Assembly: GCA_964392085.1 (NCBI GenBank)
Contig: CAYMOV010000001.1
Coordinates: 3,566 to 67,565 of the forward strand
Reading direction: 5' to 3'
Length of the DNA stretch: 64,000 bases
From: an uncultured bacterium
Lineage (GTDB): Bacteria > Oederibacteriota > Muellerivitia > Muellerivitales > Muellerivitaceae
The position numbers and the translations under genes are program-made. Below are positions 47,075-55,979 of this stretch, one piece after another. The first letter of the stretch is position 1. Every line of letters starts with the position of its first letter. Below the pieces are notes generated by a model. The model made no database searches and was not told the origin of the DNA. It saw only the letters and a program-made list of their open reading frames with translations.

Positions 47075-48176
47075 ATGGTTTTGGCGTTGTTTGAGTTGGA
47101 CGTCAAGGCCTTGGACCGCAAATTCACCGAAGTGAGGGATTACCTTTGACCCCGCTCACTACGGACGGGAAATAGAGGAACTCGAGGCGAACACCACCCA
47201 AACCGGTTTCTGGGATAGGCCCCAGGAAGCCCGGGAAGTGACCTCCCGGTTGGCCCGGCTGAAGGATGATTACGCCCTCTACCAGAAATTCGAGAAGGAC
47301 TACCAGGACCTACTGGCCTTTCATGAAGTCCTCAAGGACGGCCATGACGCCGCCCTGCTCGCCGAGTGCGAGGAGAACTTCCACCGATTCGAGGCGGAAT
47401 TCCACGAGTTCGAGCTGAAGCGAAACTTCACGGGGAAGTACGACTTCAATAACGCCTACCTGTCGCTCCACCCGGGCGCCGGCGGGACCGAGAGCCAGGA
47501 CTGGGCCGAGATGCTTCTTCGCATGTACCAGCGCTGGTGTGAGAACCACGGGTTCGAGGTCGAGACCCTCGATTACCAAGTGGCCGACGAGGCCGGGATC
47601 AAATCCGCCTCCCTCCTGGTCAAGGGACCCTACGCCTACGGGTACCTCAAGGTGGAGAAAGGGGTTCACCGTCTGGTTCGCATCTCCCCCTATGACGCAG
47701 CCAAACGACGCCATACCTCGTTTTCCTCGGTGGACGTCATGCCGGAAGTCGAGGACGTCGAGGTCGAGATCCGGGCGGACGACGTCAAGCTCGATACCTA
47801 CCGCTCCGGTGGGAAAGGCGGCCAGAACGTCAACAAGGTCGAGACGGCCGTCCGCCTGACCCACATGCCCACCGGCATCATCGTGGCCTGCCAGATCGAA
47901 CGGTCCCAGCAGAAGAACCGGGACCAAGCCATGAAGATGCTGAAGGCCAAGCTTTACCTCCATTTCCAGGCCCTGCACGACGCCGAATTGGCCCAAGTGG
48001 CCGGGAGCAAGAAGAAGATTGAGTGGGGAAGCCAAATACGGTCCTACGTCTTCCAGCCCTACCAAATGGTGAAGGACCACCGGACCGAAAAGGAAGTGGG
48101 GGACGTCCACCAGGTGATGAACGGGGAGATCGACCCCTTCATCGAGGCGGCCCTCAAGGCAAAATTGGTGGATTGA
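47075..48176 (+). CDS. prfB: Peptide chain release factor 2 with programmed +1 frameshift (join 47075..47146, 47148..48176).
   Basis: Frame 0 from the ATG at 47075 encodes [24 protein letters not shown] and stops at CTT TGA C (47144-47150), the canonical RF2 shift site, preceded by an AGGGAT SD-like element. The +1 frame continues as [13 protein letters not shown]... through SPF and GGQ motifs to 48176. The ORF track shows only 47238..48176. Confidence 0.88.
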
Positions 48177-48242
48177 GGGTTGTGCCGGCTCCGCCAAGTG
48201 GGGACTAATTTTGATAAAATCCACGGGTTTGTGAAACAAAGG

Positions 48243-50447
48243 ATGGACCGAGAAATGGAAGAAAAAGCCCTCAAACCCATCAGGGTTGTATTGGGATACG
48301 TCCAATATATTCTTCTGGCCGCCGGGGCCTGGTACGGCCTCCACGGCCAATGGTCCACGATGATCATCACCTTGGGCCTCAGCGCCCTGTGCCATCAGGT
48401 CCTGACCGCGCCCCCCGGACACCCTGACCGGCCAACGGAGCCCCTTCCGGCCTCCAGCCCGGTCCAGTGGGGATGGATCGCCGTGGCGCTCGTCGCCGTT
48501 TACTACGCGGCACCCCTCCTGCAGCAACCCGATTACAACTGGTTGATGGGGCTCCCCCTGTGGCTCTTGTCCGGCTGGGCCCTGTATCGAGCCTTTCCGG
48601 AGGGCCTTCCGGTCATGGATTCCCAGGACATCCCGGTCCGGCCCGTCCGGGGCCAGATGTCCGGGATCATCCTCGGTGTCCTCGTCCTCCTGACCTTCGC
48701 GGCCGTCAAAGTGGTTTTTTTCTTCAAGGGCACGAATGTCCCATTTCCCCTGGAGGCGGTGAAACCCGGGGTCTCGCTCATCTTTGGAACCGCGCTCGCG
48801 ATAATGCTTTTGAGGTGGAAACGCCCGGAGGGCAAGCCGGCCCAGGCCCTTCCCCGTGAAGCCCTTTGGGTCGCCCTTCTGATCTTGGTCGCGGCGCTCC
48901 TTCGCTACCCTTTCATCCACCACCTCTTCGCGGGATTCCAGGGCGACGAAGCCAACGACGCCTTTGACGGCGTCAATGCCATGACGATGTCGAACGGCGT
49001 GGATTCCCCCTTTAAGACATCCTGGGGCGGTTCCCCCTCCATGCCGTATTTTTTCGCCGCGGAGTTCCTCAAGGTCTTCGGGATCAACCTCATCGGTTAC
49101 CGCCTGTACACCCTGACGGCTTGTTTCATCTCGGTTTGGGTTTTCTTCAAGTGGGTCCGGTTCTATTTCAGCGCCAGGGCCTCCCTGGTGGCCTCCTTCC
49201 TGCTGGCCATCTCCTGGTGGCACCTATACAACTCCTTCGCGGTCTTCAACAACAACATCACCTTCCTGATGGAAGTGACGTCGTTCTATTTCCTGGAAAA
49301 GGCCCTCCGAAGCGGGCGCAAGGTCGATTTCTGGTGGACCGGGGTCTTTTTCGCGACCTCCGTTCAAACCTACATCTCCGGCCGTTTGGTCTCGGTCATG
49401 GGGTTCACGGCGGTCCTGGCCTGCGTCCTCATCGCCGGGCGCTGGACCTTCGTGAAGACCTATTGGAAGAACCTCCTTCTGGCCGCCCTGTCTTACCTGG
49501 TCTTCATTTCGCCCTTCCTCTGGTACATCCTCCATTTCCCCCGGGAATTCCTTGGTCGGGCCAAGTACCTGAACATTTTCACCGAAGTCCAACGTACCGG
49601 TGATCATTGGTTGCCCTTCAAGACCGGGGCCTTCACATTGCTGTCCCCGTTTTGGACGACTCCCAGCCCCGACCGGCGGTTCATGATCCCGGGGGATTCC
49701 ATGGTGGACGGCTTTTCGGCCTTCCTCTTCCTGACGGGTTTGGTCCTGGCGTTTTTCACCCTTCGCCGTCGGGTCAGTTGGCTGGGTTTTTGCGGGTTAT
49801 TCTTCGGCATGTTGACCAACGCCCTCGCGATCCAGGGTATGAATCCGGATACCGCCTACATCAACGCCATGCGCCTGTTCCTGGCGCTGCCCTTCATCCT
49901 TTTCCTCGCGGCTCGGGGAGCCGAATGGTACTTAGGGATGTTGGATTCCTACGGAAAAGCCGGCAAACTTTTGGTCCGCGTCTTCCTCATCGTGGGTTTT
50001 TCCATAGCGGGATATTACAACATCCACCTTTATTACTTTAGGCTCGAGGATCGGCCCTCGGATTGGTGCGCCGTGGGATACCACGAAGTGGAGTTGGGGA
50101 AGATCTACCAGAGGGACCTTCCTACCGCACATTTGATGATCGATTGCGACGCTTATAACGGTGTCGTCGATTTCTTCACGGGGCTTCGTCAGAAAAATTT
50201 CGACGTCATCACCGGAAACAAGGTGGACTTCCCGATCCTGTACCCGGTGACCCGCGACGTGGAGATCTTCATGCAGCCGAACAAGCTCAAGAACGTCCAG
50301 GACGACTGCCTCAAATGGTACCCCAAGGCGGTCTGGACGGATTACAAGAATCCCTGGGGGGAATTGTACGCCCGCAGTGTCCGGATCAGTCGAGAGGACA
50401 TCCAGGCCCTTCAAAACGGAAAGACAGTCGGGGATCCCCTCCCCTGA
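48243..50447 (+). CDS. GT-C-fold membrane glycosyltransferase (ArnT/PMT GT39/GT83-like), about 735 aa.
   Basis: Multiple TM helices. First-loop GDEANDAFDG acidic motif typical of PMT/ArnT-type GT-C enzymes. Large C-terminal soluble domain. Start ambiguous (TTG 48180, ATG 48243 or ATG 48255). Confidence 0.6.
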   Translation: MDREMEEKALKPIRVVLGYVQYILLAAGAWYGLHGQWSTMIITLGLSALCHQVLTAPPGHPDRPTEPLPASSPVQWGWIAVALVAVYYAAPLLQQPDYNWLMGLPLWLLSGWALYRAFPEGLPVMDSQDIPVRPVRGQMSGIILGVLVLLTFAAVKVVFFFKGTNVPFPLEAVKPGVSLIFGTALAIMLLRWKRPEGKPAQALPREALWVALLILVAALLRYPFIHHLFAGFQGDEANDAFDGVNAMTMSNGVDSPFKTSWGGSPSMPYFFAAEFLKVFGINLIGYRLYTLTACFISVWVFFKWVRFYFSARASLVASFLLAISWWHLYNSFAVFNNNITFLMEVTSFYFLEKALRSGRKVDFWWTGVFFATSVQTYISGRLVSVMGFTAVLACVLIAGRWTFVKTYWKNLLLAALSYLVFISPFLWYILHFPREFLGRAKYLNIFTEVQRTGDHWLPFKTGAFTLLSPFWTTPSPDRRFMIPGDSMVDGFSAFLFLTGLVLAFFTLRRRVSWLGFCGLFFGMLTNALAIQGMNPDTAYINAMRLFLALPFILFLAARGAEWYLGMLDSYGKAGKLLVRVFLIVGFSIAGYYNIHLYYFRLEDRPSDWCAVGYHEVELGKIYQRDLPTAHLMIDCDAYNGVVDFFTGLRQKNFDVITGNKVDFPILYPVTRDVEIFMQPNKLKNVQDDCLKWYPKAVWTDYKNPWGELYARSVRISREDIQALQNGKTVGDPLP

Positions 50448-50479
50448 CCCAATCGGACGCTGGGGCGTCCCGGAGAAAC

Positions 50480-51985
50480 ATGAACGAACCTAACGATTTC
50501 CTGCAAGTCCGCCTGGAGAAGCTCAAGGCGATCCGTGAGAAGGGGATCAACCCCTATCCCTCCCGATTCGACGTGACCCACCGTTCCGCCGACCTCCTGC
50601 AGGCCCATTCGGGCCTGGAGGCCGGGCAGTCCCGCGAGCCCGAGAAGGTCTCCGTGGCGGGGCGGGTCATGACCCTCCGCGCCCACGGCAAGAGCACCTT
50701 CGCGCACCTCCAGGATTCCCTCGGGAAGATCCAGGTCTACCTCAAGCTGGACGCGGTCGGGGCCGAAGCCTACGCGACCTTCGGCTTGGTGGAGATGGGC
50801 GACTGGATCGGGGTGACCGGTTATCCCTTCAAGACCCGGACCGGCGAGGTCACGATCCACGTGGAGACCTATACGATCCTCTCCAAGGCGCTCCATCCCC
50901 TGCCGGAGAAATGGCACGGCTTGACGGACGTCGAGGCCCGATACCGGCACCGCTACGTGGACCTGATCGTGAACCCGGATGTCCGCAGGACCTTTGAGAC
51001 CCGGTCCAAGGTGGTCTCGGCCATCCGCCGTTTGATGGACAGCCTGTCGTTCCTGGAAGTCGAAACCCCCATGATGCACCCGATCCCGGGCGGGGCGGCC
51101 GCCAAACCCTTCACGACGCACCACAACGCCTTGGACATGGACCTTTTCCTTCGGGTGGCACCCGAGCTTTACCTGAAACGCCTGCTCGTGGGCGGTCTCG
51201 AACGGGTTTACGAGATCAACCGCAACTTCCGGAACGAGGGCGTCAGCACCAAACACAACCCGGAGTTCACCATGTTGGAGGCCTACCAGGCCTTCGGAGA
51301 TTGCGGCACGGTGATGGATTTGACCGAGAAAATCATAGCGGCCGCCGCCGAGGGCGCCGGCAAGGACCTGCGCATGACCATCGGCGGGTTGGAGGTTGAT
51401 TTCACGCCGCCCTTCAAACGGATCCCGCTCCTCCAGGCCCTGAAGGAGATCGGCGGCGTCGACTACGACGCCATCTCGATCGAGGAACTCCGGAACCGCG
51501 TGAAGGAATCGCCCGCCAACGTGAAACACCTCGAGTCCCTGGCCAAGGCCGAATTGGCCTACCTGCTGTTCGGCGAACTGGTGGAATCCAAGCTGACGGA
51601 CCCGGTCTTCATCACGGACTTCCCGGTGGAGGTTTCGCCGCTCTCCAAATCCAAACCCTCCAACCCCGCGCTGACCGAAAGGTTCGAACTGTTCGTCCTG
51701 GGGCGGGAGATCGCCAATGGTTTCTCGGAGTTGAACGATCCGGTCGACCAGCGCCGCCGTTTCGAGAAGCAGGTCGAATTGCGCAAGGCCGGTGACGAGG
51801 AGGGCATGTTCCTCGACGAGGACTATATCCTGGCCTTGTCCTACGGCATGCCGCCCGCGGGCGGCGTGGGCATCGGCATCGACCGCCTGCTGATGCTCTT
51901 GACGGACAGCCCCTCGATCCGTGACGTCATCCTGTTCCCGCTGATGCGTCCCCGCGCCGACGAGGAACGGATGGTTTTCGAATGA
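50480..51985 (+). CDS. lysS: Lysine--tRNA ligase (class II).
   Basis: N-terminal OB-fold. Class II motifs (EVETPMMHPIPGGAAAKPF, NFRNEG, GGVGIGIDRLLMLL). Confidence 0.93.
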   Translation: MNEPNDFLQVRLEKLKAIREKGINPYPSRFDVTHRSADLLQAHSGLEAGQSREPEKVSVAGRVMTLRAHGKSTFAHLQDSLGKIQVYLKLDAVGAEAYATFGLVEMGDWIGVTGYPFKTRTGEVTIHVETYTILSKALHPLPEKWHGLTDVEARYRHRYVDLIVNPDVRRTFETRSKVVSAIRRLMDSLSFLEVETPMMHPIPGGAAAKPFTTHHNALDMDLFLRVAPELYLKRLLVGGLERVYEINRNFRNEGVSTKHNPEFTMLEAYQAFGDCGTVMDLTEKIIAAAAEGAGKDLRMTIGGLEVDFTPPFKRIPLLQALKEIGGVDYDAISIEELRNRVKESPANVKHLESLAKAELAYLLFGELVESKLTDPVFITDFPVEVSPLSKSKPSNPALTERFELFVLGREIANGFSELNDPVDQRRRFEKQVELRKAGDEEGMFLDEDYILALSYGMPPAGGVGIGIDRLLMLLTDSPSIRDVILFPLMRPRADEERMVFE

Positions 51986-52007
51986 CCCGGTCCCGGGGGA
52001 TCCGACC

Positions 52008-53261
52008 TTGAACATGCCTTTTGAGCTGTCCCTGGCCCTCCGCTACATGCGGTCCAAGCGCAAAAGGTCCGCCGTCTCCATCCTGACCTGGCTGTCCGTG
52101 GGCGGAGTGGCCATCGGGGTCATGGCCCTGATGGTGGTCCTCTCGGTCATGAACGGGTTCGACAACGACCTCAAGACCAAGATCGTGGGGCTCAACGCCC
52201 ATATCCTCATCATGCCCCACCTCCAACAGCCCTTCGACGACTACGCCAAGGTGGTGGAGAGGGTGAAAACCCTGCCCCATGTCATCGCCGTGGGACCTTA
52301 TGTGGACGGACAGGCTTTGGCCAAGTCCACGGAACGGTCCCTCGGCATCGCGGTTTGGGGCGTCGACCCGGACTCCCCCCAAGCCATCGCCGACCTGGAC
52401 AAGTACTTGTTTGAGGCCAAAGCCGTAGACCTCAAGCCCGAGATGGCGGGTAAGAACGGACGCCCTGAGAGGATCTTTCTGGGCCGGGAATTGGCCCGGC
52501 GGATGGGGGTCGGACTGGGTGACGACCTGATTCTTTTCCTCCCGATCCTCCAACAAACGCCCCTGGGGATGATGCCGACCTCCAAGAAGTTCCAGATCGT
52601 GGGGATCTTCTCCACGGGGATGTACGACTACGACGCCTCCTTCGCCTACGTGGCCCTGGACCAGGCCAAGGCCATGTACAACCTGGGGGAAGGGGCCACT
52701 GGGGTTGCGGTCAAGGTCGACGATGTGGATCGCGCTCCGGAGGTGGCCCGACGGATCCGGGAGGAACTCAAGGGCCGCTACCAGGTCCAGGACTGGCTCC
52801 AGATGAACCGGAACCTCTTTGTGGCCCTTGAGACCGAGAAGATGGTCATGGCGGTGATCCTCTCGCTCATCGTCCTGGTGGCGGCCCTCAACATCGTGAA
52901 TCCCCTGACCATGGTGGTGATCGAGAAAACGAAGGAAATCGGGATCCTGAAGGCCATGGGGGCCGCGGACCGCAGCATTGCCTCCATTTTCATCATGCAG
53001 GGACTCTTCATCGGGGTATTGGGCACGATTCTCGGGGCGGCCCTGGGATTCGGCATCTGCGAAATCATCAAGCAAGTCCCCATCCCCATGCCGGGGGGGG
53101 GGAGCGTCTATTACATCGACCGGTTGCCGGTGATGGTGGATCCCGTGCTGTCCTACGTGCTGATTCCCCTGGGTTCCATCCTGCTTTGCTTCGTGGCCAC
53201 CCTTTTCCCGGCGCGTCAGGCCGCGAAATTGGAACCGGTCGAGGCGATCCGGTACGAATAG
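52008..53261 (+). CDS. Lipoprotein-releasing system permease (LolC/LolE, FtsX-like).
   Basis: MacB/FtsX topology with 4 TM helices, a large periplasmic domain, and the N-terminal LSLALRYMRSKRK motif. Confidence 0.8.
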   Translation: MNMPFELSLALRYMRSKRKRSAVSILTWLSVGGVAIGVMALMVVLSVMNGFDNDLKTKIVGLNAHILIMPHLQQPFDDYAKVVERVKTLPHVIAVGPYVDGQALAKSTERSLGIAVWGVDPDSPQAIADLDKYLFEAKAVDLKPEMAGKNGRPERIFLGRELARRMGVGLGDDLILFLPILQQTPLGMMPTSKKFQIVGIFSTGMYDYDASFAYVALDQAKAMYNLGEGATGVAVKVDDVDRAPEVARRIREELKGRYQVQDWLQMNRNLFVALETEKMVMAVILSLIVLVAALNIVNPLTMVVIEKTKEIGILKAMGAADRSIASIFIMQGLFIGVLGTILGAALGFGICEIIKQVPIPMPGGGSVYYIDRLPVMVDPVLSYVLIPLGSILLCFVATLFPARQAAKLEPVEAIRYE

Positions 53262-53267
53262 ATACGT

Positions 53268-53344
53268 AATGAGGAAAGCTGGATTCGGAATGAGGAATTG
53301 GAAGTCCAGCCTTACATTCCGCGTTTCGCATTCCTAGTTCCTCA
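53268..53344 (+). other. Nested inverted-repeat element between lolC/E and lolD.
   Basis: AATGAGGAA (53268-76, repeated at 53291-99) pairs with TTCCTCATT (53336-44). Inner CGGAATG (53285-91) pairs with CATTCCG (53316-22). A small GCGTTTCGC hairpin lies inside. Confidence 0.3.
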
Positions 53345-54040
53345 TTGCCGGAGGTTTTCGTGGAGCTTTTCAAGCTACAGAACGTCTCGAAGAGCTTCGA
53401 GATGGACGGCCAGCAGGTCCAGGCCCTCAAGGGGGTTTCCCTGGGCTTGGACGCCGGGGACATGACCGTCATCCTGGGCCCTTCGGGCTCTGGAAAAAGC
53501 ACGCTCCTCACCCTCTTGGGGGGGCTCAGCCGGCCCTCGGACGGTCAGGTGTCCTACCGGGGGCAATCCCTCTACAAGATGCCAGGCGCCGAGTTGGCCG
53601 CCATCCGAAACAAGTCCTTCGGCTTTGTCTTCCAATTCCACCATCTGATGCCGGAATTGACCGCCCTGGAAAACGTCCAATTGCCTTCCCGGATCCTCCG
53701 TTTGCCCCCGGAGGAGTGTCGGGAGCGCGCCAGGTCCCTTTTGGAACTGGTCGGGTTGAAGGACCGCATGGACCACAAGCCCGGCGAGATGTCCGGCGGG
53801 GAACAACAGCGCGTGGCGGTGGCCCGGGCCCTGGTGAACCAACCGGAAGTCGTCCTGGCCGACGAACCCACCGGCAACCTGGACTTGAAGACCGCCGAGG
53901 GAATCCATGACCTCCTTTGGGATGCCTGCCAGAAGGACGGCCGCACCTTGATCGTGGTCACCCATTTCGAGCCCTTGGCCAAGCGCGCGGACCAGGTCAT
54001 CACCCTCAACGGCGGGCTGCTGACAAAAAAACGGGGATAA
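53345..54040 (+). CDS. lolD: Lipoprotein-releasing system ATP-binding protein.
   Basis: GPSGSGKST Walker A, LSGGEQQRVAVARAL signature, LADEPTGNLD Walker B. The start could be the TTG at 53345 or the GTG at 53366. Confidence 0.85.
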   Translation: MPEVFVELFKLQNVSKSFEMDGQQVQALKGVSLGLDAGDMTVILGPSGSGKSTLLTLLGGLSRPSDGQVSYRGQSLYKMPGAELAAIRNKSFGFVFQFHHLMPELTALENVQLPSRILRLPPEECRERARSLLELVGLKDRMDHKPGEMSGGEQQRVAVARALVNQPEVVLADEPTGNLDLKTAEGIHDLLWDACQKDGRTLIVVTHFEPLAKRADQVITLNGGLLTKKRG

Positions 54041-54073
54041 ACCCGGTACCCGTATCAATCCGCGGAGCGGAAC

Positions 54074-54664
54074 ATGTTGTGTCAAAAGTGCAACCAACGT
54101 CCCGCCACGGTGTTCATCACCCAAACCGTGAACCAAAAGACGTCCCAGGTCCACCTCTGCGAGCTTTGCGCGGGGGAACAGGCCACGCTGGGGGGCGGCC
54201 AACCCTTTACCTTGACGCTCGATCCCTCGGCGCTGTTGAAGGACTTTTTCACGAATTCCTTCCCGGGCTTCGAGCCGGGTCCCGGCGCCCCCGACACCGA
54301 TCCGCTCTCGTCCAGGAAGCCGGCGGCGGAATCCGAGGCGGAGTGCCAGGTCTGTGCCTACCCCTTTTCCCAATTCAAGCGGACGGGCCGTCTCGGATGC
54401 CCCGCTTGCTACGGCTCCTTCGCCGCCCTCTTGGCGCCGGTCCTGGCGAGTGTCCATGGGGGGGGCCACCACGTGGCGGAGCCGACGTCGGTGGACCTCT
54501 CCCGCCCGGAGAATTCCCCAGTCGATCCACACTCCACGAATCCCAATGAAGATCCACGTTTGTCCGAACTGCGCCGACGCCTCCAGGAGGCGGTGGCGGA
54601 GGAGCGGTTCGAGGAGGCCGTGGAACTGCGGGACGAAATCAAAAACATCAAAAACGGGTCCTGA
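54074..54664 (+). CDS. mcsA: McsA-like protein-arginine kinase activator (zinc fingers plus UVR domain).
   Basis: N-terminal CxxC...CxxC pairs (CQKCN...CELCA; CQVCA...CPACY). C-terminal UVR motif (LRRRLQEAVAEERFEEAVELRDEIKNIK). Immediately upstream of mcsB-clpC. Confidence 0.7.
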   Translation: MLCQKCNQRPATVFITQTVNQKTSQVHLCELCAGEQATLGGGQPFTLTLDPSALLKDFFTNSFPGFEPGPGAPDTDPLSSRKPAAESEAECQVCAYPFSQFKRTGRLGCPACYGSFAALLAPVLASVHGGGHHVAEPTSVDLSRPENSPVDPHSTNPNEDPRLSELRRRLQEAVAEERFEEAVELRDEIKNIKNGS

Positions 54665-54747
54665 ATCTCAGGCATTAAGCCTTATGTTTGGAATCGGAGA
54701 AATCAAAACTTAGAACTTGTGTGGAGGTTGTTGGAGTGTTTGAAGAG

Positions 54748-55791
54748 ATGCTTTCGTCACGGGACGACTGGTTCCTGAAGCCGGGTCCCCAATGGGAAGT
54801 GGCGGTCTCCAGCCGGGTCCGCTTCGCCCGTAATCTTGATGGCCGCCGTTTCCCGAACCACTCCGGGGCCCAGGAACAACGGGAAGCCGTCGAAGCCCTC
54901 GAAATGGCCTTTGCCTCCCTCCCGGGGGAAAACCTCCAGGTGGTCCCCCTGAAGGAAGTCGGGCCCCTGGACCGCCAATTCCTCGTGGAACGGCGGTTGA
55001 TCTCGGTCGAATTGGCCGCGGGGTTGGGCGAGAGGGGAGCCGTCTTCAACCCCTCCGAAGGGGTGGGCGCCCTCCTGAACGAGGAGGACCACCTTCGGCT
55101 CCAGGTCTTCAAGTCCGGCTTGAACCTCCAGGAGGCTCTCCGCCGGATCCGGTCCTTGGAGGAACCCCTCGCGGGGATCCTTTCCTTCGCGAAGGATCCG
55201 GTCTTGGGTTACCTCACGGCTTGCCCGACCAACCTTGGTTGGGGCCTGAGGGCCAGCGTCATGCTGCACCTCCCGGCTTTGGTCTACACGAACCAGATCC
55301 TGAAGGTCCTGGAGGGGGTCAACCAGGTCGGGCTGGTCGTCCGGGGTCTCCAGGGTGAATCCACAAGGGTCCAAAGCGCCTTCTTCCAAGTCTCAAACCA
55401 ATCGTCCCTCGGGAAACGGCCCGCCGAGATCGTGGAGCACGTGGAACGGGTCGCCCGCCAACTCATCGAGGTGGAATGGCAGGCCCGGAAGACCGTTTTT
55501 TCCCAGGAAGGGATGGCGGCCCAGGACCGGATCTGCCGGACCCTGGGCGTCCTGAAATCCGCGAAGTTGATGGTGTTGGAGGAGGCCTTGGACTCCCTTT
55601 CGGCCCTGCGGGTGGGCGTGGAAGGACGGATCATCCGGGACCTTTCCTTGGCGGACCTCAACCGTTTCCTCCTCGCGGTTCAACCCGCCCACTTGGCGAA
55701 GGCCGCCGGCCAAGAACTGGGGCCTGAGGATCAATTGGTCCATCGGGCGACCTATTTACGCCAAGCTTTACGGCAAACGGAGCCCGCCTAA
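54748..55791 (+). CDS. mcsB: Protein-arginine kinase (ATP:guanido phosphotransferase).
   Basis: SSRVRFARN, NEEDHLRLQ and CPTNLGWGLRASVMLHLPAL motifs of the phosphagen-kinase-like McsB. Start at the ATG at 54748; an alternative is the GTG at 54736. Confidence 0.82.
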   Translation: MLSSRDDWFLKPGPQWEVAVSSRVRFARNLDGRRFPNHSGAQEQREAVEALEMAFASLPGENLQVVPLKEVGPLDRQFLVERRLISVELAAGLGERGAVFNPSEGVGALLNEEDHLRLQVFKSGLNLQEALRRIRSLEEPLAGILSFAKDPVLGYLTACPTNLGWGLRASVMLHLPALVYTNQILKVLEGVNQVGLVVRGLQGESTRVQSAFFQVSNQSSLGKRPAEIVEHVERVARQLIEVEWQARKTVFSQEGMAAQDRICRTLGVLKSAKLMVLEEALDSLSALRVGVEGRIIRDLSLADLNRFLLAVQPAHLAKAAGQELGPEDQLVHRATYLRQALRQTEPA

Positions 55792-55979
55792 AGACCTCTC
55801 AACGGACCCGTCTCCACCCGCCCAAGACGGTTATTCTTTCGGGGACTCTTGCCTCCCGGAGGGACCTTTCTTATAGATAACCCCAGAGTAATAAAGGTAA
55901 AATCGCCTTCTCACGGCTTTTCACCCGTTTGGGTGGACAGCCGGAAGCGGGTCCCGGCCCCCAGGCCAAGGAGCATTTC

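Noticed and set aside
47310-49223. Very long antisense ORFs (for example 47310..49223, 637 aa; 38259..39884; 50411..52015; 24894..26216; 28607..29911; 60177..61307; 62347..63513) on the strand opposite recognisable genes.
   Set aside because: Each lies antisense to a gene with clear family signatures (prfB/GT-C, glgP, lysS, hemA, hemB, tamB). The translations are low-complexity and Arg/Gly/Pro-rich, as expected for the reverse frame of high-GC, GC3-biased genes. None has a plausible RBS or a domain signature.
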